Of a stretch of 64,000 bases of DNA, positions 17,802 to 27,097 are shown piece by piece. Position numbers and translations under genes: made by a program. The notes below the pieces were generated by a model that was not told the DNA's origin, made no database searches, and saw only the letters and a list, made by a program, of their open reading frames with translations. Position 1 is the stretch's first letter. Every line of letters starts with the position of its first letter. Source of the stretch: an uncultured Candidatus Saccharibacteria bacterium (GTDB lineage Bacteria; Patescibacteriota; Dojkabacteria; B142; OLB20); the NCBI GenBank assembly GCA_964562165.1, contig CAZLRZ010000001.1:1349-65348 (forward strand), in the 5' to 3' direction.

Positions 17802-19006
17802 ACAAATCCGACTTCCCAATTTTCAATCAATTTCCAAAACTAATTTATTTGGATAATGCTGCAACCACCCAGAAGCCCTCTTGTGTTATCGACTCCTACA
17901 AAGAGTTTTACGAAAAGCACAACGCAAATGTACATAGGGGCATATACAAATTAAGCGAGGATGCCACGGCTTTGTACGAAGCCTCTAGACAAACCGTTGC
18001 TGAATTCATCGGGGCAAAATCCGATGAGATCGTTTTCACATCAGGCACGACAATGTCTATTAATCTTTTGGCCCAATATCATTTTAGGAATGCACTAGAA
18101 GCTGGCTCAACTATCCTATTAAGCGATTTAGAACATCATAGCAATATCCTCCCTTGGCAATCCATTGCAAAAGAACAGTCACTTAATTTGGATTATATTC
18201 ATCTTAATTCAAACTTGGAATTTGATCTAAATCAAATCGAGGCCACTTTAAAAACACAAAAAGTTGACCTAATATCAATTTCATTAATGAGTAATGTCAC
18301 GGGATACACACCCCCCATTAAACAAATTAAAGAATTGATAAATAAACATTCGCCCCAAACCCTACTATTACTTGATGCAGCACAAGCTATTTCACATATG
18401 AGCATCGATGTTAACGAACTTGATGCGGACTTTATTGTTTTTTCTGCCCATAAGGCATATGGCCCAACCGGATTAGGTGTAATTTGGGGCAAACAAAACC
18501 ATTTAAAAGAAATTCAATCACTTTTCCAAGGTGGCGGAATTGTTGAAACCGTAACTAGAGATAGCGCGACTTTTATTGAAGGTCCACAAAGGTTTGAAGC
18601 AGGCACTCCTCCTATTGCCGAAGCTGCAGTTTTCGCCAAAGCCCTTAAATACTTAAAATCAATTGGCCTAGAGGAAATCAAAAATCACGAAATGCACCTT
18701 GCAGAATCCCTACACAAAAGACTTAAAGAGATTCCCGAAATCAAGCTACTTGTTGAGAACTTCGACCCAAGCCATTTTGGACCCATAATTAGCTTTACAC
18801 ACGCAAAACTACACCCTCACGATTTAGCTCAGATCCTGGATTATAAAGACATTGCAGTAAGAGCGGGGCATCATTGCACACAGATTCTACATAGAGAGGT
18901 TTTACATATACCTTCAAGCGCAAGAGTTAGTTTGGCTTTATATAACGAGGAAGCTGATATCGAAGCCATAATAGACGCCCTTAAGAACGTGTCAATAAAT
19001 CGTTAA
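17798..19006 (+). CDS. sufS: Cysteine desulfurase SufS (class V aminotransferase)
   Basis: PLP-Lys motif SAHKAYGPTGLGV. Catalytic Cys loop RAGHHCTQ. 402 aa. Confidence 0.85.
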   Translation: MNKSDFPIFNQFPKLIYLDNAATTQKPSCVIDSYKEFYEKHNANVHRGIYKLSEDATALYEASRQTVAEFIGAKSDEIVFTSGTTMSINLLAQYHFRNALEAGSTILLSDLEHHSNILPWQSIAKEQSLNLDYIHLNSNLEFDLNQIEATLKTQKVDLISISLMSNVTGYTPPIKQIKELINKHSPQTLLLLDAAQAISHMSIDVNELDADFIVFSAHKAYGPTGLGVIWGKQNHLKEIQSLFQGGGIVETVTRDSATFIEGPQRFEAGTPPIAEAAVFAKALKYLKSIGLEEIKNHEMHLAESLHKRLKEIPEIKLLVENFDPSHFGPIISFTHAKLHPHDLAQILDYKDIAVRAGHHCTQILHREVLHIPSSARVSLALYNEEADIEAIIDALKNVSINR

Positions 19007-19490
19007 TATCAAAGGGTTTTAAGGTTAAATTCATAATCAAATTCTTTTGACCAAAATATCCTTCTGGCCTTGTCCCTATTAATTTAAAACCATGCTTTTC
19101 GTAGAAGGGCCTAGCTCTATCATAGGTATAGAGCTCAATTAGATGACCTTTTATTTGCTTAATATAGTCAATATATTTTTGAAGCAAAACACCTCCAAGG
19201 CCTTTACTTCTATATTCAGGATAAACTCCTACCCAGCTTATAAAGCCGACACCACCATAAGTGTGATCCCCAATTAAAAACCCAATAACGTTTTTCGATT
19301 CATCAACTGCAACAAAAACTTTTCGAAAATTCCTATCAATCCAAAGTCGGAAGTTCTGTAATGTATAGTCCGTCAACAAGAAATGTTCCGAAAGCACAGG
19401 AGGGAACTGACCATAACCCTCATTCATAAGCTTTGAAAAGCACCTATAAAATGAGTCTAGATTATTAGTCCCAAGTTCTTCTATTACCAT
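18981..19490 (-). CDS. GNAT-family N-acetyltransferase
   Basis: Motif A YRSKGLGGVLL. 169 aa. Confidence 0.6.
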   Translation of the reverse strand: MVIEELGTNNLDSFYRCFSKLMNEGYGQFPPVLSEHFLLTDYTLQNFRLWIDRNFRKVFVAVDESKNVIGFLIGDHTYGGVGFISWVGVYPEYRSKGLGGVLLQKYIDYIKQIKGHLIELYTYDRARPFYEKHGFKLIGTRPEGYFGQKNLIMNLTLKPFDINDLLTRS

Positions 19491-20401
19491 TTTTTTTGCA
19501 GAAATTTATTGAACTTGAATTTTTTATGAGTGAAAAAATCAAATGGCAATAGGTAATCTCTTAAAACAAAAAAGTTGTAAGCTATTAAAAGCATTGCGAA
19601 AACTATTTGGAAAATACTTAGGGTAAGCTCTCCTGAAATTACAATCCAAGGCAAAACAAGGATTATTAAAATCATTGATAAAAGGAAAACGAATTCTGGC
19701 CAATAATCTTTTGAGATTTTTAGGCTGATTTCTTGAAGTGATTTTTTGACTTCAATTTGTAAAAGTTGTTTAAAGCGGAAAACATAATACATCTCAAATA
19801 TCACGATTAAGAAAATACCGGTTAAAGTAATTGTGAAAAAAGTCTGCTCCATTACAACCCCGACTGCCCCAATTACAGAACCAAAGCCCAAGAAGACTAT
19901 TATAGTAAACAAAGTCATTAACAATTCCTTAATCACAAAACTTAACAAATCCTTTATTAATAATCCGTTTTTTCTCAAAATTAAAGCTAGATAGACAAGA
20001 GCAGTTACAAAGAAAACCGCAAAAACTATCAGGGCTCTTTGAAGAACTATTACCTCTTTAGCAGGAATATATTCATAGAAGGTCTTACTGACAATACCTG
20101 GAAGCTTTGTGCTTACGGTATCTAAAATACTAATCTTTTCATCTTCAGAAACTCCTTGATAAAAAGCGTAGAATTTTGATGTACTTTCCTTTTCTACTCT
20201 CGAAGGTTTTGAAAACGATCTTAATTCGCCAACCACATTATCTGTTGAAACCTCATGATCTAATTGTATTAATAGGACATTTGAATCATTGAAAAAGGGT
20301 CCAATATTCAATTTGAAATAAAAGATTGAAAACAAAGAAAGAATTAATAAAAGAGAGGCGGAAATTGCTACTCCCCTTTTTGATTTTAAAAAGTTTGCCA
20401 T
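19484..20401 (-). CDS. secF: Divergent SecF-like protein-export membrane protein
   Basis: N-terminal TM then LNIGPFFNDSNVLLIQLD (compare SecF LNLGIDFTGGT..IE.), a periplasmic domain, then a C-terminal multi-TM bundle. Located downstream of the SecD-like gene with a 16-nt overlap. Confidence 0.35.
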   Translation of the reverse strand: MANFLKSKRGVAISASLLLILSLFSIFYFKLNIGPFFNDSNVLLIQLDHEVSTDNVVGELRSFSKPSRVEKESTSKFYAFYQGVSEDEKISILDTVSTKLPGIVSKTFYEYIPAKEVIVLQRALIVFAVFFVTALVYLALILRKNGLLIKDLLSFVIKELLMTLFTIIVFLGFGSVIGAVGVVMEQTFFTITLTGIFLIVIFEMYYVFRFKQLLQIEVKKSLQEISLKISKDYWPEFVFLLSMILIILVLPWIVISGELTLSIFQIVFAMLLIAYNFFVLRDYLLPFDFFTHKKFKFNKFLQKKW

Positions 20402-21783
20402 TTTTCTTTAGGTAAAAAAAAGATTGGTAATAAGATTTTCACGAAATTAGTGAAAATAAAATAGCCTATAATAACTCCAAATCCAAGACTATTATAAAAA
20501 TTGATCACAAAAATTGGAGAGAAATACGACACTACAAAAGCAGTAATAATAAAGACAATAGTCAAATTTCTATAATTGATTTTCAACATCTCAAATTCGG
20601 TTTCTACCTCTGATAAAATCAAGCCGGACCTTGAAGCAGTACGGATTCTATATAATAGATAAACAATAAAGGTTAAAAACAATAGGAACCCAGAGACCGC
20701 ACCTAATATGGTTGGAAGCCCAAGCACTAGGTTAAAGACCTTCATTATCGCCACAACAATTACTCCATAGATTATTACGGAAGCAATTGCTAATTTACTT
20801 CTTTCCCTAAAGTAGAAAACCAACAAACCTATGCAAGCCAATAATGACAATCCGGTCGCAATTTTAATATTTAACAAGGCATTTGGCCCCAAACCGGCTT
20901 CAACTGTATTTGTATTTGAAATAGTTAAAGTCTTATCAAAAGGTTGGTCGGTCATAATTGCTGCCAAAACTGAATTGGCTGTATATGTATCAATAATTCC
21001 GGGATATATAACTAATTCTCGATCTGGTGTTACGCCAGAATAAAATTGCCCCATCGACTGAATAGCGATTGGATATCCATCTAGAAGCATCAATAATGGA
21101 AACTTACCACTGGAACTCGAATAAAGCGCCGCGATAAATTCACCCTTTGAAGCCTCTTTGAAAGTTATGCTAATACAATAATTGCGAAGTTCATTTGGAT
21201 CGTTAATATAACAATTTGTGCCAGGCACGACGCTTACAGATTCAATATCATCGTTTGTTAAAGCAGAAGGCTTTCTAGCAGCAATAGGATTGTTTTGTAA
21301 TTCTTCCTCAGTCACCGTTGCCGATTTTTCAGTATCTTCTACCCAAAAGGAAATATCTGCAGGAGAAACCAGAATTGATAAATAATCCTTACTTAATACC
21401 TCTGAGGATTTTAATATAAGATTGTATTCGTTTTTTTCTTTACTGATCATACTATTAAGTTCGAAATAATCAGGGTTCGTTTTCTTAATTCTTCGATATA
21501 AAATACTTTTAGTATTTTCGAGTACAGCAAATTTTTCTTCTTCAGGCACATCAGTCATATCGACCGATATTGTTGCCAAAGCACCTCCCGATATATCTAA
21601 TGAAGGCAAGAACTTAAATTCTTGAAGTAAAAAATTCGGATTAAAATCTTTTGGATCCCAACCCCTGATGCGGTAATTCTGGTTATTAACATTTATGTTA
21701 AAGGTTGGTATGGCAATTGATAAAGCAAAAAAAACAAAAAGAACTAAAAGGAAGGTTTTAATAATTGATTTTTTCACATTCAA
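20386..21783 (-). CDS. secD: Divergent SecD-like protein-export membrane protein
   Basis: LPSLDISGGALATISVDMTD matches the SecD motif LGLDLRGG....VDMD. Periplasmic P1-like region, and a C-terminal TM bundle (…LVFYFRERSKLAIASVIIYGV…) like SecD. Confidence 0.45.
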   Translation of the reverse strand: MNVKKSIIKTFLLVLFVFFALSIAIPTFNINVNNQNYRIRGWDPKDFNPNFLLQEFKFLPSLDISGGALATISVDMTDVPEEEKFAVLENTKSILYRRIKKTNPDYFELNSMISKEKNEYNLILKSSEVLSKDYLSILVSPADISFWVEDTEKSATVTEEELQNNPIAARKPSALTNDDIESVSVVPGTNCYINDPNELRNYCISITFKEASKGEFIAALYSSSSGKFPLLMLLDGYPIAIQSMGQFYSGVTPDRELVIYPGIIDTYTANSVLAAIMTDQPFDKTLTISNTNTVEAGLGPNALLNIKIATGLSLLACIGLLVFYFRERSKLAIASVIIYGVIVVAIMKVFNLVLGLPTILGAVSGFLLFLTFIVYLLYRIRTASRSGLILSEVETEFEMLKINYRNLTIVFIITAFVVSYFSPIFVINFYNSLGFGVIIGYFIFTNFVKILLPIFFLPKEKWQTF

Positions 21784-21849
21784 AAAGAAATGAATTATTT
21801 TGTTATTCTATCAGCAATAATGAGTTTATTCAAACCAGCGGGAAAGTAT

Positions 21850-23901
21850 TTAGCCCCAGCCAGAGGATCCACCACCGCCACCACCGCCACCAAAGGATCC
21901 GCCAAACCCACCGCCACCGCTCCACCCGCCACCAATCGATCCTCCTCTTGATCCACCACTAGAAGAACTAGAAGGTTTTGAGTTTAAAGTTTGTGAAGAA
22001 AAACTCGAAAAATTTGATAAAGAATTAATCATGGCAATTGTATTAAACGTTGACCAAGATTGACTTTCATACCAATCTGGAGCCACTTTATAAATGTCTT
22101 TAAACCTCTCTCCCCACTGTTTTTCGATACCAAAAACCATAGCATACGGAAGGAACCTCTCGAATGTTTCTGGAGTCAAATCCTGTACTCTGAATCTTTC
22201 GGCAGTATATAGATACATTCTGAATCCTAGAATCCTATTTAAAACCCTTGACCCTTCTAGTGTTTTTGCGGGCATATAATTACCGACAACAATCAAAACA
22301 ACACATAATAATAAGAGACTAATTACTGTGATAAAAACCCCGGGGATAATTAATAGAACTGCCAAGCCAAAAAACAAAAGCATAAAAATTATAAAGAGGC
22401 CAACAAAACCTATCCCCATATATTTATTTCTTACGTCTTCCGGACTTTCTTTGTAATATTTTCGACTAACCATTTCCTTATCTATCGATTTCTTAATTGC
22501 AGGCACTTTAATATAGAATAAATTTGTTAAATCTAACGACATAATAATTTTATCTTTACTCGAAAACATAGACTCTATTATCAACTTTTCGTTTTCATCT
22601 AATGTGCCAAAATCTTTTAATTTGACCAATTCATAATCGGTATACCCACCAAAACCAAAGAATCCTTCTTTCTTAAATTCTCTAATTTTTATATACCCCT
22701 GCCTGGCAACATCTATTAAGGTAGCAGTGATGTCTATCATGTCAACCTTTTCGTCTTTCATTGAGCCTAATAAATATGGTTTTATATCATCGGGTGGATT
22801 ATATTCGGGAACAATTGTATCTCTATAAAATGCATCTCGCCCACTCTTTCTCCATTTTAAAAATATCCAAAGAGCTCCACCGGGGAAAACAAAGCAGGAT
22901 AGGATCCCGCAAACTATATTCCCCCAAAACAAAATCTTAGTTATCAAATCTTGTTCCAATTCGACTTCGACAACTTTTTCTTCGCCCGATGCTATAGTTA
23001 GAGCCGTACTTTTTGATTGATAACCAGAAAAAGAGAACTCAAGATCAACATTACCTTCTGGTATGCCACCAATTTCTTTAGAAACATCATCTAATTGAAC
23101 CCCATTGATTTTGACATCAATAGGATCAGGTTTTGAAGTTAAAAGAATTTTTCCAGGCTTTTTTATAAGCCCTTTATTTATTTTTAAAGCTATAGTTGTG
23201 TTTTGGTTTTTTTGAATATCTTTTAAATCAACTCTAACAACATTCCCTTCATTTGATAAATCATAGAGTAAAGTTGCGCTACCTAAGTCGGTAAGGACTT
23301 TAAAGCCCGTTTCGTCAAACGTAAAGCCATCAGGTAAGTTTAACAGAAAAGTAGATTTGTTAATTCCGGAGGGCCTTTCGGGTGGAAGCATGTCCCAATA
23401 AAACAAGTCGTAATCATCGAAGAACCCCAAACCGCCATACACTTTATATTTTATAGAATATTTTAAAAACTCACCATTAAAGACTCTTCCGTTAGGATCA
23501 AAGTTCCAGGTTATTTTTAATCTATCTTCACCACTTTCGTAAACATTTTCAAGTTCGATTTGAGAATCTGGGACTTTGTTCCCACCCTCATCAAATACGC
23601 CTAAAAACTCAATATATTCAAATCCACCGCATTGTAAAAGGTTCGACTCAATACACTTTTTTTCGATATCATAATCAACTAAGGTAATACCTCTAAAAAC
23701 CTTCCTAAAGGTGCCTGTGAAGTTAATTGAGACGTCTTCGGTAACTGTATAAGTTGAATCTGTATTAAAATCAACTTTAACATTAAAGGTGTCGTAGTAT
23801 CCGGAATCTGCTTTAATTGAAAAAGGGAATACTAATGCGACAAACAGAATAATTAGACTTGGCAAAAATCTTTTGGAAAAGTTAACCAAATTTATTAACA
23901 T
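21850..23901 (-). CDS. DUF2207-like membrane protein with an extracytoplasmic N-domain and a C-terminal Gly-rich tail
   Basis: Signal peptide, then a ~300-aa beta-rich domain and TM segments at ~325-345 and ~500-545. C-terminus SSGGSRGGSIGGGWSGGGGFGGSFGGGGGGGGSSGWG. Adjacent to LemA. Confidence 0.5.
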   Translation of the reverse strand: MLINLVNFSKRFLPSLIILFVALVFPFSIKADSGYYDTFNVKVDFNTDSTYTVTEDVSINFTGTFRKVFRGITLVDYDIEKKCIESNLLQCGGFEYIEFLGVFDEGGNKVPDSQIELENVYESGEDRLKITWNFDPNGRVFNGEFLKYSIKYKVYGGLGFFDDYDLFYWDMLPPERPSGINKSTFLLNLPDGFTFDETGFKVLTDLGSATLLYDLSNEGNVVRVDLKDIQKNQNTTIALKINKGLIKKPGKILLTSKPDPIDVKINGVQLDDVSKEIGGIPEGNVDLEFSFSGYQSKSTALTIASGEEKVVEVELEQDLITKILFWGNIVCGILSCFVFPGGALWIFLKWRKSGRDAFYRDTIVPEYNPPDDIKPYLLGSMKDEKVDMIDITATLIDVARQGYIKIREFKKEGFFGFGGYTDYELVKLKDFGTLDENEKLIIESMFSSKDKIIMSLDLTNLFYIKVPAIKKSIDKEMVSRKYYKESPEDVRNKYMGIGFVGLFIIFMLLFFGLAVLLIIPGVFITVISLLLLCVVLIVVGNYMPAKTLEGSRVLNRILGFRMYLYTAERFRVQDLTPETFERFLPYAMVFGIEKQWGERFKDIYKVAPDWYESQSWSTFNTIAMINSLSNFSSFSSQTLNSKPSSSSSGGSRGGSIGGGWSGGGGFGGSFGGGGGGGGSSGWG

Positions 23902-23919
23902 TTTGAAGATTTTAAATTT

Positions 23920-24501
23920 TTACTTATCGGATTGTTCAGAGAAATCAACTTTGACATTAGCCTTCTCAGATTCTTCTGCAGCAAAGAATTCTCTAGCTTT
24001 AAAGCCTAAAATACTTGCAAATAAATTGTTTGGGAAAACTAAGATTTTAGTGTTAAAATCTCTGACAGTACCATTATAGTATCTTCTTGCACCTTGTAAT
24101 TCATTCTCAATTTCTGATAATGAATCTTGTAGTTTGATGAAGTTCTCGTTAGCCTTTAATTCTGGATAAGCTTCTGCAATGGCAAAAAGAGATTTCAATG
24201 TGCCGGATAATTCTTGCTCGATTTTGCCTTTTTCACCGATACTAGTGGTATTCATTGCTGCGGATCTTAACTGCGCAATTTTTTCAAAGGTGGAACTTTC
24301 GTGTTTTGCATATCCTTTAACTGTTTCGACAATATTTGGAATTAAATCGTATCTTCTTTTTAATTGAACATCTATTCCGCTCCATGCTTCGTCAACTAAA
24401 ATTTTAGCCTGAACTAAACTGTTATATAGAGCTATTGCAAAGATTAAAACGGCGACTACTACTCCGCAAATCAATAAAATTAAAATTGTTGCTATTTCCA
24501 T
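23920..24501 (-). CDS. lemA: LemA family protein
   Basis: N-terminal TM, then ALYNSLVQAKILVDEAWSGIDVQLKRRYDLIPNIVETVKGYAKHES, a canonical LemA pattern. 193 aa. Confidence 0.85.
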   Translation of the reverse strand: MEIATILILLICGVVVAVLIFAIALYNSLVQAKILVDEAWSGIDVQLKRRYDLIPNIVETVKGYAKHESSTFEKIAQLRSAAMNTTSIGEKGKIEQELSGTLKSLFAIAEAYPELKANENFIKLQDSLSEIENELQGARRYYNGTVRDFNTKILVFPNNLFASILGFKAREFFAAEESEKANVKVDFSEQSDK

Positions 24502-24566
24502 TAAATGAAATGTTAATAAATTAACTAATAATTAAATTATACTCTAGGGATTTTTTCTTAACAATA

Positions 24567-25841
24567 TTAAGAGTTCAATTTGCCGGCAATATATCCGGAA
24601 GCAAAAGCCCATGACATATTAAATCCACCAATCATCCCGTCAATATTCAATACTTCCCCAGCGAAATACAGTCCCTTCATTTTTAGGGATTCTAAAGTAA
24701 CACTATTTATTTCGCTAGTTTCAATTCCACCGCTGGTAAATTCAGCTTCATTCCAATCGCCTGTACCACTAATCTCAATCACAAAATTAGTAATTGAATT
24801 AATGAGTTCATCCCGTTTTTGACTATCCAAATCAAAAAACTTTACTTCTTTAGAAATTTTTAACAAATCAAGAAAATAATTCGCCAACTTAAAATGAATT
24901 ACGCCGTAAAGGATTGTAGCCAAACCAAGCTTGGGGTTCTTTTTTGACACAATCTCGATTTGCTTTTTCAGCTTAAAAGATTCCATATCCGAGAAATTTA
25001 TTTGGATTCGAAAATCACTCATGCCTTCTCGATTTATGCCCACGGATACTTCTCTACTCAAAGCGAAAATGGTATTTCCACTCACGCCTTTTTTTGTAAA
25101 TAACAGATCTCCGTTGACTTCACCTAAATTGACATTCTTTTTGAACAACTTAATGTTAGCTTTTATTTTTGTTCCGGCCAAATTACTACATATTTTAGCC
25201 TTAGTTAAAAGCGGACAACCTGCAGGAACAGGTTTAACAATGCTATGTCCGAACTTTCTGGCTAAGGCAAACCCGCTTCCATCAGACCCTAACCCTGGGT
25301 ATGATTGTCCTCCGGTAGTTAATATAATTTTATCAGCATAAAAGTAAGCGTTTGTTTTATTGGCCCCCTTTGCTGAAATTAAGAACTTTCCATCTTCCTT
25401 TTCGATATCATATACTTTGTGTTCGGAATAAATTTGTATTTTATTAACGGCAAGTTGTTCCTCAAAAATTTTCAAAACGTTTTTAGAAGAATCAGTTATA
25501 GGGAATATTTTACCAGCTTCGGTCTTAGTTTCTTCGTACCACAAAATTCCTAAATCTTCGAAACAATGAAGGATTTCAGTATATCCACATTGCCCGAAAA
25601 TCGATCTTAAAAGTTTTTTATCAGAATCGTAATAGTAATTTTCAAATGAGTCTTGAAGATTGGAATTTGTAAAATTGCATCTCCCTGCGCCACTAACTAA
25701 GATTTTTCTACCGATGGAATGAGACCCTTCTAAAATAGTTATATTTTTATTTGGGAATTTTCTCGCAGCAGAAAGCCCAGCGATTATTCCGGCATATCCT
25801 CCGCCAATTATTAAAATCTCCGTATTTATTATTTTTCCCAT
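24567..25841 (-). CDS. HI0933/BaiN-family FAD-dependent oxidoreductase
   Basis: IIGGGYAGIIAGLSAA dinucleotide fold and ILVSGAGRCNFTN, the HI0933 signature. 424 aa. Confidence 0.7.
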   Translation of the reverse strand: MGKIINTEILIIGGGYAGIIAGLSAARKFPNKNITILEGSHSIGRKILVSGAGRCNFTNSNLQDSFENYYYDSDKKLLRSIFGQCGYTEILHCFEDLGILWYEETKTEAGKIFPITDSSKNVLKIFEEQLAVNKIQIYSEHKVYDIEKEDGKFLISAKGANKTNAYFYADKIILTTGGQSYPGLGSDGSGFALARKFGHSIVKPVPAGCPLLTKAKICSNLAGTKIKANIKLFKKNVNLGEVNGDLLFTKKGVSGNTIFALSREVSVGINREGMSDFRIQINFSDMESFKLKKQIEIVSKKNPKLGLATILYGVIHFKLANYFLDLLKISKEVKFFDLDSQKRDELINSITNFVIEISGTGDWNEAEFTSGGIETSEINSVTLESLKMKGLYFAGEVLNIDGMIGGFNMSWAFASGYIAGKLNS

Positions 25842-25886
25842 GTGCTAATTCTACCAAAAACCCTTTAAATATTATATATTATTTAA

Positions 25887-27083
25887 ATGAAAGCAAAATT
25901 AATAAAAAGAAACATTTTCCTTTTTTACGTATTATCCATAATTCAAGGAGCTTTTTTTATTGAAAGTAACTGGATATTCCTTTATCTGGTTTACTTTAAC
26001 TACGAGATGCTTGGCTTTATAGATTCGATTGCTTTTTCTATAGGCCTTCTACTAGAAATTCCATCAGGCGCAATTGCAGATGTTATCGGAAGAAAGAAGA
26101 CGTTAATTATTGCAATGTTCTTTTTATCTTTTGGCCTTTTTATGGAGTTCTTAGCTCAAGATTCGATTGCTCTTTTTATTGGAAACATTTTGTTTTTTAT
26201 AGGAAACGCCTTTTATTCGGGTTCCATTGAAGCCCTTACTTTTGACACATTAGTTCTCAAAAAAGAAGAAAAAGACTACGAAAAAGTTGTGTCTTTAGGT
26301 CGATCTTTAGGATCAATTTCAACCATAATTGCCGTTTTAATTGGTGGATTTTTAGCCACAATAAATATCAGATATCCATTCCTATTAATGGGAAATTTTT
26401 ATGCTATCGGATTCATCCTAAGCTTTGCACTTACCGAACCCCCAATTGATAGTGTAAAAGTTACAGTCAAAGCATATTTTGAAGTAATAAAAAACAGCAT
26501 TAAAGAATTAAAACTACCTTCTATTAAACCCTATATATTTTTCATAATTTCCATACTTGGAATCACTTATTGGTACGACTGGGGCATGGTAAAGCCTGCA
26601 ATTTCGGTCAATCTTGGGTATGACACTCAACAAATGGGATTGATTTTTTCGCTCTCCTACCTACTTATTGCCTTGCTAACCCCAACAATCCCGAAGCTTA
26701 GAAAGCTTATTAACGATTATTCCGCTATTTCAATTTTAAATTTCCTTTTGGTACTTACTCTGTTTATATTGGGATTAAATTTAGGAAGTTGGGGCTTTAT
26801 TCCGATTTTGATAATTGGAGTTATTGGAGCAATGACATCTACCTGGATAGGAATTATCATTAACGAAAAGATCCAATCTCAAAATCGGGCAACAGTTCTT
26901 TCGACAGTTTCGATGTTACTTAAAATTCCATACATTTTAACCGCCTGGATTTCCGGCTACCTAATTGATAAAGGGTTTTTACCCCAAGTTTTATTTGGAT
27001 TAGCTTTTATAGTTGGGATTTTTTCTTTTATCAACCTACTCAAAAGACAAGAGCTTTTTAAAGAAAAGATTAACAAAGCATAA
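25887..27083 (+). CDS. MFS transporter
   Basis: ~12 hydrophobic segments. 398 aa. DVIGRKK between TM2 and TM3 is MFS-like. Confidence 0.6.
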   Translation: MKAKLIKRNIFLFYVLSIIQGAFFIESNWIFLYLVYFNYEMLGFIDSIAFSIGLLLEIPSGAIADVIGRKKTLIIAMFFLSFGLFMEFLAQDSIALFIGNILFFIGNAFYSGSIEALTFDTLVLKKEEKDYEKVVSLGRSLGSISTIIAVLIGGFLATINIRYPFLLMGNFYAIGFILSFALTEPPIDSVKVTVKAYFEVIKNSIKELKLPSIKPYIFFIISILGITYWYDWGMVKPAISVNLGYDTQQMGLIFSLSYLLIALLTPTIPKLRKLINDYSAISILNFLLVLTLFILGLNLGSWGFIPILIIGVIGAMTSTWIGIIINEKIQSQNRATVLSTVSMLLKIPYILTAWISGYLIDKGFLPQVLFGLAFIVGIFSFINLLKRQELFKEKINKA

Positions 27084-27097
27084 GATTATTAAGATCT

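Noticed and set aside
21765-21962. His/Arg-rich 65-aa ORF (HHRHHRHQRIRQTHRHR)
   Set aside because: It is the reverse-complement reading of the GGN-repeat Gly tail of the DUF2207-like gene, not an independent gene or a CRISPR-like repeat.
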